A stretch of DNA of 64,000 nt. Origin: a virus. The position numbers and the translations under genes were made by a program. The DNA lies in the IMG/VR virus record IMGVR_UViG_3300016476_000174, positions 32,001 through 96,000 of that record, one strand, 5' to 3'. The notes beneath the pieces are model-generated. The model had not been told where the DNA came from. It worked only from the letters and a program-made list of their open reading frames with translations, and made no database searches. Shown piece by piece: positions 1 to 9,077 of the stretch (its first letter is position 1; each line of letters opens with the position of its first letter).

Positions 1-3000
1 GGTAAGTCAGTAGGTAGTTCATATCCTTTATTTGATGTTACAACATTAACCTCTCCTAGCTCATTATAGATAGGCAAGAATGTTCCTTCTGCAGTTGTAA
101 CGTTACCAACCTTTTCTCCTGACTCAAAACCAATCACATCAACCTTATCTTTCTGTGCAGCTATATAAAGCTTCTCAAATTGATTGCCTTCTACGTGACG
201 GTAGAACTTAGGTTGTAAAGCATGCTTTAAGAATACTGGGTGAGTAATATTATCTGTTTTAGCATATCCAAAGTACTGAGGCTTTAACATCTCAAATACA
301 TATCCTGGATTTCCTTTATCAAATGTTTCTTGAGCAGCTTCTATTTCAGCTTTAGTAGCTTTTTTATAACGTGGGTCTCCTTTCTTAATAGTCTCTCCTT
401 TAGCATTTGGCATAGCACCAGAACGTACAAGAGTCTCATAAGCTATTTCATAATCCCACTGAGCCTCACGCTGAGCTGTAAACTTACCGCTCATAAATAG
501 AATATCTCTAACTACGTCAGGTAAACCCATAGCCATAGCATCAGCCTCTACTAGATTCATGTAAGCTTTAATCATACCTGTAAATTCTTTCTTCTTATTT
601 AGAATGAATCCAGTTATCTGACCTTGTTCATCAAATCTAGCACCAATTTTCTTTTCAGCTTGCTCTTTAACAATGCCTGAAGCAATCATTTCAGCATATG
701 TACTTTGTGCTATATCTTTATGGAAAGCACTAACTACATCCATATCTTTAAATGATATGTTCTTGATAGTTTGATGAGTCTCTTCTGAACGAAGTTTACC
801 ATCATTACGTACCATATTATCATCCATCCATGCTACAATGTCACTATCTTCTACAAAAGCTTCTTTAGTAGATGTAGCACCATTAGCACGTTTAGGTAAA
901 TCTTTATATAAAGCAGGGTGACCATAGATTAACTTATGCTGCTCTGTTAGAAGTAACTCTTCATTTAGAGAAAGGATAGCAGCAATAGTTCTTAAGTTAT
1001 CTTCTGTATACCCACTACGGCTCTTTAACTCAGAATCATATCCTCCAGCTTTGTAGTTTAATGTTTGAGTATCTTTAATACCTAACATTTCATCTAAACT
1101 GTCATTGTCAATAGCATCTGTAATATACAAGTCACTCTTAAAGCTATCAGGTTTAATAAAGATGTCTAAATCTTTTAAGAATGCTACTGTATCTTCAGTC
1201 TTATTGTTAATGTATGTAGTAATCTTATCTTCAAGTAACTCTCTATTCTCTTCAATGAACTCTTCAAAGTCCATATCATCAGTAATTACTTGCTTGTTAA
1301 ACTTAGCAATTAAGTCTGCTCCTACAATATCTCTAAAGTGACCTAAGTTAAATACAGCATCACGGTAGTACTGAATATTTACAGGACTATCTGCTTGTAT
1401 AGTAGCAGCATACATCTCATCATATAGATGATTCATGTACATATCTACAATACCTTTATCATCTGCAGTTAGCATTCTTTGGATATCTCTTCTGCTAGCC
1501 ATAAGCTTGCCAGGAATTCCAATTCCATACTCTGTACTCTTATCTGAGTTAATATTAGAAAATACTACATTGTTAAGTAAGAAGTGAATCTTATTAGCTA
1601 CACGCTCAGGAAACTGAAGCTTAGCAGTGTTATTACCATCAACCTCTGTAATACCTAAACCAGATATAACATGGAATGTAAGTTCAGAGTTATTTTTACG
1701 CTTACCATTAATATCAAACAAGCGTCCACCTTTCTTAAGAAGTTCAGAGTTAGTTTGATATGCATGAAGAATAACTTCACCATCTTCGTCAATGAATCCT
1801 AACCAAGGAGCTGTTTGAACAAGCTCTTCTTGAGAAGATACAGTGTTTAAAATGTTGATCATGTTACTTAATAGAGATGGCTGACCAACACTAAACTGCT
1901 GTTGACCTTCTGCATTATTGTAACTTAAGATGTTATCTTCACTATTAAATTTAGACTCAATAGCAATAAGGGTATTAATTCTACCACCTACTATTGTTCT
2001 ACCAAATAAATCTGCAACGTCTTCAATCTCTCCAGACTTCATTACATCTAAAATCTGTAACGTTTGTTCACGGATACTATTTTCAAATGGAGCTAAATCA
2101 TTTAAACTAGCGTTAAACTCAATACCTAAAACGCTTAATGCATTTAAGGCTGTAGCTAAATCATAACTACTTCTATTTTTAGCAGTGTCCATTAACTCAA
2201 TATAGTCATCTGACTTTCTATTGATCATCATACGACCTGCAGAGTCAATCTTAACTAAGTTAGTTTGTTTGTTTTGAACAGCTACTTTTAAGTTGTTAGC
2301 CCACTCATTACGAATTCTTTCCTCATTGATATTAATCAAAGGATTAGTATTGTAGATATAACCCTCATCAGAAACAATAAGCTTCTCAGGAGAGAATCTA
2401 GCATTGCTAAAGCTCTTAGTAAATGAAACTCTTAATAATACATCTTCTTTATTTAGTGTAGAAGCAGGCACTTTCATACCTAAGTTATTCTCATACTTAA
2501 GACGTAGCTTAAGATTACGAACCCATCCGTAGTTTTCACGGTAGTTATTATCTGCAGTCTTATACTTTTTATCTAACTTTTGGAACATTAGATCTAAAGT
2601 ATTCTTACGGATACCGTCTTTATCTATAACACTAACTACATTACTTAACTCATTTAATAATGTTGTATGTACTCTATCTGAGTTAACAAGACGTGGTTGG
2701 TTAAGATCGTTCTTAACAAGCACTGTTTTACCTCTTACTACAGAAGTCTGTGGTAAAGAAGCTATTAACAACATAACATTTGTAGACGTCATGCTTCTTG
2801 GATCTATAGTAATAGCGTCCCTAATGCCTAAAGTATCAGTAACGTTATTTTCATCTTCTTCTATCTCAGAGAAGATTACACCATAACGATCTAAGTTTTT
2901 CTTAAACTCTCTGTAGAAGTCATCTTTGTATGCTTCTACAATAGATTTAATCTTAGGACTCACTACAGATAAATTACCAATAACTTGTTCAGTAGCTGTA

Positions 3001-6000
3001 TTCCATAAGTTATTTAATAAAGCATTAGATTCTTTCTTATCTAACTTACCTAAGATGCTATCAATATTATTACCCTGTTTAAACAATTCTGTAAAGAAAT
3101 AGTAGTTTAAACCTTCTAATATATCTGAAGTATCTTTTTGTGTTAAGTCAGCTACAGCTTTATAAGCTGGACCTGTAAGTCTACTATCTTTAATAAATCT
3201 AGCATTCTTAAATCCACCAGCACCAATCTTCTTGAATAGATCTTTAATAACACTATTCATCTCAGTTTTGTCTTTAGGAGACATACTGAATAATCCTTGA
3301 ATAGCTTTCCATAGATTCTTAAAGAAGTTAGCAATCTTATTTCCTATAGAGTTATCTAAAAGAATATACTCACGAAACTCTTCTGCAAGCATCTCACGTA
3401 CATCGTATAAGCTAGCTTGAGAATATGGTTTAGTATCTTTTGTAAACTTATTGTAGAATGAACCTTCACGAGCTTTAAATTCAGCAGCTAATTCTAACTT
3501 TTCATCTTGTGTTAAGAATGTACCCCATACTGCTTCAAATGCCTCATGGAAACCAGTACCTAGTCCAGCATTCTCATAGATATGAATAGCACCTCTCATA
3601 AATGCACCTAAACCTTTTCCATGGATAAGATGTCCCATCTTTTTAACAGGAAACATAGGAAGCTTTTCTTTCATAAACTTAGCTAACTTAGCAAAGTCTT
3701 CAGTAGCTTCCATCTCTCCTATATCTAAACGGAAAGGAGGTTCTTCAGAATCAGTATCTAATTGTGCAATTAAAGCCTTGGTTAACAATGCTTTAGCTGC
3801 ATTAATATTACCAGAAGGAATAGCAATAGTAGCTTCAGCTAATTTAACAACCTCTTGTGTCTTAACATTCATTTGAGACACAGATGCATATAGTTTACCA
3901 TTCTCAGGTACAGCATTAGCTACTGCTTCTTCTACACTAAAGAAAGGACCTTCTTGCACAGTTACTTCTTGGGATGGAGTAACATCTGATGTAACACCAG
4001 CTTGTGCATTCTTTTGAGCAAGTCTTAATCCTTCTAAGAAAGCTTCATCAATTACTTCTTTAGTTGTATGAGTAAAGTCACTATACTTTAATAATAGTTG
4101 AGCATCTGTAGGATTTTGTTTGAATGATTCTACAACTAAGTCTCTCATTAGTTGTAAGTTATCAAATCCTTTCTTTACAGCTTTACCTCTAATCTTAGTA
4201 CCATATCCACCTACTGCAACATATTTATCATATGTTGCTTGATCAAATGTACCAGACTTGTTAGATTGATAAGCATGTTCTACACTACCATAGTCAGCAC
4301 CATTCCATGTAAATGTACGAGGGGCTAAATTAGAAAGTAACTTAGTATTAGTTTCATTTTCAGGACCACTCCAGTATACATTGATTACAGGTTTAGTAGC
4401 TTGTACTACAGGAGCAGTAGGTTGTTGAGCTGTAACTTTAGCTTCAGCAGCTTTTTGTGTTGCTTGAGCAGCTAATTGTTTTAAACCACGGTTTGCACCA
4501 TACACATATCCAGTAGCTTGTGTAATGTTCTTAAGAATCTCACTTCTGCTATCTTGAATTTCTTTCTGATTAGCAAATGTCTTAGACATCTTTGGCTTAA
4601 AGTTTCCTTTCTGAATCTTGATTGCAAAACCACCTGCTTGTACTACAAAGCTAACTTTAACACCATTGATATCAATGTCATTACGTGACATGTCTAAGAA
4701 CTCATCAATCTTATCATCCATTAACTCAGAAGAACCTTTTATCTTAGCAATAGGCTTCTTCTTAGATACTTTTTCTTCTTGTTCAACCTCTGGCTCTACT
4801 ACAGATGGATCTTTCCACATGATCTGTACTTGAGTACGTTGAGGAGTGTTAGAATTATATAATGGCAAAGAAGAGTAAACTGGTGGTGTTGTACCATCAT
4901 CTCTCTTAGCTAATAAGTATTCTTCATAAGTATCAAATGATTTATCTAATACAGCTTTACCTTTTACAAACTTAATAGTAGAAAAACTATCATTATCTTG
5001 TAAAGCTTTATTATTAACGTGGTGAGTTACACCTTTAACAAGTTTATCTCTATTCTTAAGAATATCTTCTTTAGTAAAAGGAATAACTAAGTTACCTCTA
5101 TGAAGACCACTCTGTACCCAGAAGTATTTATCTGAAGACTTTCCTTTTACAGGACGGCTCCAGTTTAGTACATGCTTTAAGTAATCTTCAATGATACTCA
5201 TTTCAGCTTGATCAGCTGTAGATAATGGCTTCTTTTTCTTTTTACCTGAAGCAGCGTTATATCCGTACTTCTGAATATATAGTTCTGATAATCTTACAAA
5301 TGCTTTAATAACAGTATCTTTCTCTACATCTGTTAAGTCACGGTTGAATACACGAATTACTTTATCACCATAGATCTTCTTACCATTCTCCATAGTGTAT
5401 TCTTGCATAACCAAACGACCTGGTTGTACACCTGCCATTACAACACCACGACCTGTGGAAACTCTCAGACCAATATTTACATCTGGATTACTTACACTTC
5501 TTAAATCTGTAAAGTCAGGGTTCTCTGTAATTACACGACCTTCTACTTCAGCTTTAGCAAGTTGACGCTTACCATCTTCTCCTACTGCTGAAGTATATTC
5601 AATTCTTTGAACACCAGGCATTGCTGTAACAACATCTAAGTATACTTCTTCACCAGCTTTAATACGATCAGATATAGATTGTTGATAAGCTTTTTCAGCA
5701 TCAATAGCTGCTTGGATTTCTTCATCCGTAGTTTCTGAATCTACAGTGTACTCTTTTTTTACACGATCAACAGTCCATGTGTCAATACCAGCTAAAGAGC
5801 GGTAGATAATATTACTTTTATTTTCTTCCCCTTCAGGAATAAGTTCATTGTTAACATTTACATATGCATACTTAGTAGAACCATCTTGTTGTGGTTGTTT
5901 CTTAACTACAACAACTTTAATATCATTAGCGTTATACTCAGTGTCACGGATATCAAATGTATCATTATCAGCTGTAATTACTTTAAGAGCATAACCTCTT

Positions 6001-9000
6001 CTAGCTAAGTTGTACTTAGCAGTAAATGCAAAGAATCTATCAGTACCATTTTCTTCATTAGGTACAGTATCTTCTTCATCTAAGTATTGACGTCCAAATG
6101 TTTTATTAAAACCAACCTCTTCAAACTTAGGTTGTTTGTTAGTTTTACTAAATGTAGTAACAGTTTCATTATCTTCTAACTCCTCTGTTTCTTCTTGACC
6201 TTCTTCATCTACATCTTTCTTAACAGCTTTCTTACGAGGCTTTTTAGTCTCTTGTTTCTTAAAGCCTTCTTTATCTAATGTAGCAGCTAGCTCTTCAGCA
6301 TCAATAACAACTGGATCACCATCATTAAGTTTAATAGTTACACTACTATCTTCTTCATTGATGTCCATTACTTCAAGCTTAGTAACCTCAGCAGTTTCTG
6401 GATCTGTCGCAGTATATACATCTCCAGTATTAAACTCTATAGTATTTTCTACATCATCCTCTGTTTTGTAAGTTACAGACAGTTTCTTTGTAGCAATAGG
6501 TATAGGTTGGCTAACTGGTTTAGGTTTAGAAGCTTGTTCTTTAAGTTGACTATCTACTACAGATAACATCTCATCAGCCAAAGACTGTAAAAAGTTTTCT
6601 TTACCATTGATAGTATCTGCATACTTAGCCCATTCTAAGCCAATACTCTTAATATGATTCTGTAACTCACCCTTAAGTTTAATCTTCTTGTTTAAGTTAT
6701 CTGATATACCAGGTTGGTTACGATCTTCTTTTTCATACTTAAAGAAACCATTCTCATCTTTTTGAAGAGATGAAACAGTTGTCTCATTATCTTTTTGAAG
6801 CTTATCAAAGCTTTTCTTTAAACCATCAAGAACTTCTTGTGCTACAGTTTCTAGGTTTGTAACAAACCCTTTCTTCTGCATAGCAGCAATAACTTCTTCT
6901 TGAGATTTAATTCTATACTGATATTCATTAAGTTGATCTACAATACCATCTGACAAAGAACTGTTCTCTGTAGATAATAAATCATTCTTAACTTCAGTTA
7001 CTTCTGTTAACAGGTCATTAAGAATAGTCTTATAAGCAGCTTGTTCAGCAGCCATGTTAATCATCTTATTCTTACGAGCTACGTCATCCTGAGTATCATC
7101 AAACATGATATCAGAATTCATTAACTTGTTCTGTTTAATAATTGAAGCTGCTAGCCCTTTATATCTATTGATCTGTGTATCAATATCATCCCCTAAAACA
7201 AAACCTAATTTAGCTATTTGTTCTGGATCAGACTTTCTTACAGCATCTAGCTTTTGATCAATAGTTCCTTCTACACCTGCATTGATATGAGCTACAACAA
7301 ATTGTGCAAAAGCTGTATCTCTTAATGCGTCTTTCTTAAATTTATCATCTACTTTAGTAGACTCTTCTAAAGCAGAGTTTACTGCTCTGAATGAAGAAGT
7401 TACTGCAGCAATTCTTTTCTCATCTAATATAGGTTGATTGTTTTCATCATAAACAATCTTTTCTACTTTTGTAGGATTACCTTCTGCATCTGTAGAGTCA
7501 ACTACTTTAGTTTTATAAATATTACCAAACTTAAGCCAGTTTTCTTGAGCTGCATTATACATTTCAACTGCTGCTTGTGTAGCTGCTTGATCACGATTAA
7601 ATTGTCTTACACCACCAATACCTGCACCAATACCTCCTAAGATACCACCAATACCAATACTGATAGAAGCTTCGGTATCTTTACCCATTAAAGCATCTGC
7701 AGTTTGTTTAAAGTATTGTTTAAATACTTCACTTGTATTAGATAGATCAGCCATACGTCCACTAGTTCCGTATGCCTCATTAATCCTTTGAATAGCTAAC
7801 TGACCATTTTCTTCTAAGTATCCTTCTACACCAACACCTTCAGCAACACCCGTTAAGAATGCTCCTTTTTTAGAACTAAGGAAACGCTCTATTCCTGAAG
7901 TAGCTGTTCTTACTCCCATGCTTTCTCCAAGTTCAGCAGCACCTGTTACTGCACCAGCAATACCAGGAGTCTTACCAAAAGCTTGACCTAACCATTTAAG
8001 TTCAACAGCATTTGTAGCAGCTAGTAAAGCTGCATTCATTAAGAAAGTATTTTGAGAAGCAGCCCCTGCTATTCTAGCTTTTTCCTCATCTGAGTAAGGA
8101 GTACCATCTTCTTTATATCTTGTTCTACCAAACTCATCATAAGATAAAGAATCCATTACTTTATCTTTAACAGCTTTAGCTTCATACATGGACTCTGAAG
8201 CAGTTGCTAAAGCCCAAGCATTAAACTTATCTAACTTACTAAATGCATTAGCTGCACTCTTGGTATAGTTAACTGCAGCTCCAGCTCCTTCAATAGCAGC
8301 TTCAGCAGCACCAACACCAATACGCATACCAGATGCTAGTCTAGCTAAGTTAGCTCCTAGTTGCAGTTTACTTAAAGCAATACCAGGAACCCAAGCTGAT
8401 GCTAAGAAAGCTAAACCATCTACAGCATCAGTCATCCAAAAATCACCATCTGTAAATGCTCTTGACCAAAAACCTTTATCTCTATCTGCAGCTTCTTGAT
8501 ATGTAGGTAACCAATCGTTTTTAACTTTATCGTCTAAAGATCTAAAGATTTCAGAAAATCCATTATCAGATGCTTTACTAATAATATCTGCATCCCAATT
8601 ATCTGAATCTAATAGACCACCAATATAACCAATACCTTCACCAGTCTTACTAACAATACCTAATCCAAGTCTACCTAAACCTTTACCAAAAGTTTTAAAT
8701 GCACCTTCTTGCTCACCGTAAAAGTTATCATTGTCTATACCATAGATATAACCATAGTCAGTACCTTCGTACTTTCTAGCTTTTTCATAAGGTACAACTT
8801 TAGGATCTACCCATGATTCTTTAGCAAGAGGAAATGCTCTATCACCCTGTACAATAACAGCATTAAGAGCATCATCATAAGATTTATATTTACTTCTTGG
8901 TGGATCTTGTTGAGGAACCGCAAACTGCTGTTCAGGCTGATCCATAGGTACTTGTTCTACAGGAGCATTCTCAACTGGAACTTCTTCTGTACTAGGCAAA

Positions 9001-9062
9001 CCTTCTATAGTGTTTTCAGGTAATGTAGATAAGTAGTCTTGCTCAAAAGTATTTTCAGCCAT
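1..9062 (-). CDS. Giant virion-associated RNA polymerase polyprotein / ejection (cargo) protein, >3020 aa, runs off the window start
   Basis: ATG at 9062 (MAENTFEQDYLSTLPE). Absent from the ORF track, consistent with no in-frame stop before base 1. Manual translation at several points stays in one frame and gives crAss-type vRNAP-like motifs GHPALYKDLPKR, NLVEADAMAMGLPDVVR, LKPQYFG and VDVIGFESGEKVG, a zincin-like HEAFE segment, a NADAR-like segment and a Gly-rich hydrophobic N-terminal region. The catalytic DxDxD was not seen in the segments translated and is expected beyond the window. Confidence 0.85.
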   Translation of the reverse strand, partial: MAENTFEQDYLSTLPENTIEGLPSTEEVPVENAPVEQVPMDQPEQQFAVPQQDPPRSKYKSYDDALNAVIVQGDRAFPLAKESWVDPKVVPYEKARKYEGTDYGYIYGIDNDNFYGEQEGAFKTFGKGLGRLGLGIVSKTGEGIGYIGGLLDSDNWDADIISKASDNGFSEIFRSLDDKVKNDWLPTYQEAADRDKGFWSRAFTDGDFWMTDAVDGLAFLASAWVPGIALSKLQLGANLARLASGMRIGVGAAEAAIEGAGAAVNYTKSAANAFSKLDKFNAWALATASESMYEAKAVKDKVMDSLSYDEFGRTRYKEDGTPYSDEEKARIAGAASQNTFLMNAALLAATNAVELKWLGQAFGKTPGIAGAVTGAAELGESMGVRTATSGIERFLSSKKGAFLTGVAEGVGVEGYLEENGQLAIQRINEAYGTSGRMADLSNTSEVFKQYFKQTADALMGKDTEASISIGIGGILGGIGAGIGGVRQFNRDQAATQAAVEMYNAAQENWLKFGNIYKTKVVDSTDAEGNPTKVEKIVYDENNQPILDEKRIAAVTSSFRAVNSALEESTKVDDKFKKDALRDTAFAQFVVAHINAGVEGTIDQKLDAVRKSDPEQIAKLGFVLGDDIDTQINRYKGLAASIIKQNKLMNSDIMFDDTQDDVARKNKMINMAAEQAAYKTILNDLLTEVTEVKNDLLSTENSSLSDGIVDQLNEYQYRIKSQEEVIAAMQKKGFVTNLETVAQEVLDGLKKSFDKLQKDNETTVSSLQKDENGFFKYEKEDRNQPGISDNLNKKIKLKGELQNHIKSIGLEWAKYADTINGKENFLQSLADEMLSVVDSQLKEQASKPKPVSQPIPIATKKLSVTYKTEDDVENTIEFNTGDVYTATDPETAEVTKLEVMDINEEDSSVTIKLNDGDPVVIDAEELAATLDKEGFKKQETKKPRKKAVKKDVDEEGQEETEELEDNETVTTFSKTNKQPKFEEVGFNKTFGRQYLDEEDTVPNEENGTDRFFAFTAKYNLARRGYALKVITADNDTFDIRDTEYNANDIKVVVVKKQPQQDGSTKYAYVNVNNELIPEGEENKSNIIYRSLAGIDTWTVDRVKKEYTVDSETTDEEIQAAIDAEKAYQQSISDRIKAGEEVYLDVVTAMPGVQRIEYTSAVGEDGKRQLAKAEVEGRVITENPDFTDLRSVSNPDVNIGLRVSTGRGVVMAGVQPGRLVMQEYTMENGKKIYGDKVIRVFNRDLTDVEKDTVIKAFVRLSELYIQKYGYNAASGKKKKKPLSTADQAEMSIIEDYLKHVLNWSRPVKGKSSDKYFWVQSGLHRGNLVIPFTKEDILKNRDKLVKGVTHHVNNKALQDNDSFSTIKFVKGKAVLDKSFDTYEEYLLAKRDDGTTPPVYSSLPLYNSNTPQRTQVQIMWKDPSVVEPEVEQEEKVSKKKPIAKIKGSSELMDDKIDEFLDMSRNDIDINGVKVSFVVQAGGFAIKIQKGNFKPKMSKTFANQKEIQDSRSEILKNITQATGYVYGANRGLKQLAAQATQKAAEAKVTAQQPTAPVVQATKPVINVYWSGPENETNTKLLSNLAPRTFTWNGADYGSVEHAYQSNKSGTFDQATYDKYVAVGGYGTKIRGKAVKKGFDNLQLMRDLVVESFKQNPTDAQLLLKYSDFTHTTKEVIDEAFLEGLRLAQKNAQAGVTSDVTPSQEVTVQEGPFFSVEEAVANAVPENGKLYASVSQMNVKTQEVVKLAEATIAIPSGNINAAKALLTKALIAQLDTDSEEPPFRLDIGEMEATEDFAKLAKFMKEKLPMFPVKKMGHLIHGKGLGAFMRGAIHIYENAGLGTGFHEAFEAVWGTFLTQDEKLELAAEFKAREGSFYNKFTKDTKPYSQASLYDVREMLAEEFREYILLDNSIGNKIANFFKNLWKAIQGLFSMSPKDKTEMNSVIKDLFKKIGAGGFKNARFIKDSRLTGPAYKAVADLTQKDTSDILEGLNYYFFTELFKQGNNIDSILGKLDKKESNALLNNLWNTATEQVIGNLSVVSPKIKSIVEAYKDDFYREFKKNLDRYGVIFSEIEEDENNVTDTLGIRDAITIDPRSMTSTNVMLLIASLPQTSVVRGKTVLVKNDLNQPRLVNSDRVHTTLLNELSNVVSVIDKDGIRKNTLDLMFQKLDKKYKTADNNYRENYGWVRNLKLRLKYENNLGMKVPASTLNKEDVLLRVSFTKSFSNARFSPEKLIVSDEGYIYNTNPLININEERIRNEWANNLKVAVQNKQTNLVKIDSAGRMMINRKSDDYIELMDTAKNRSSYDLATALNALSVLGIEFNASLNDLAPFENSIREQTLQILDVMKSGEIEDVADLFGRTIVGGRINTLIAIESKFNSEDNILSYNNAEGQQQFSVGQPSLLSNMINILNTVSSQEELVQTAPWLGFIDEDGEVILHAYQTNSELLKKGGRLFDINGKRKNNSELTFHVISGLGITEVDGNNTAKLQFPERVANKIHFLLNNVVFSNINSDKSTEYGIGIPGKLMASRRDIQRMLTADDKGIVDMYMNHLYDEMYAATIQADSPVNIQYYRDAVFNLGHFRDIVGADLIAKFNKQVITDDMDFEEFIEENRELLEDKITTYINNKTEDTVAFLKDLDIFIKPDSFKSDLYITDAIDNDSLDEMLGIKDTQTLNYKAGGYDSELKSRSGYTEDNLRTIAAILSLNEELLLTEQHKLIYGHPALYKDLPKRANGATSTKEAFVEDSDIVAWMDDNMVRNDGKLRSEETHQTIKNISFKDMDVVSAFHKDIAQSTYAEMIASGIVKEQAEKKIGARFDEQGQITGFILNKKKEFTGMIKAYMNLVEADAMAMGLPDVVRDILFMSGKFTAQREAQWDYEIAYETLVRSGAMPNAKGETIKKGDPRYKKATKAEIEAAQETFDKGNPGYVFEMLKPQYFGYAKTDNITHPVFLKHALQPKFYRHVEGNQFEKLYIAAQKDKVDVIGFESGEKVGNVTTAEGTFLPIYNELGEVNVVTSNKGYELPTDL

Positions 9063-9077
9063 AAAAGTACAGAGTTA

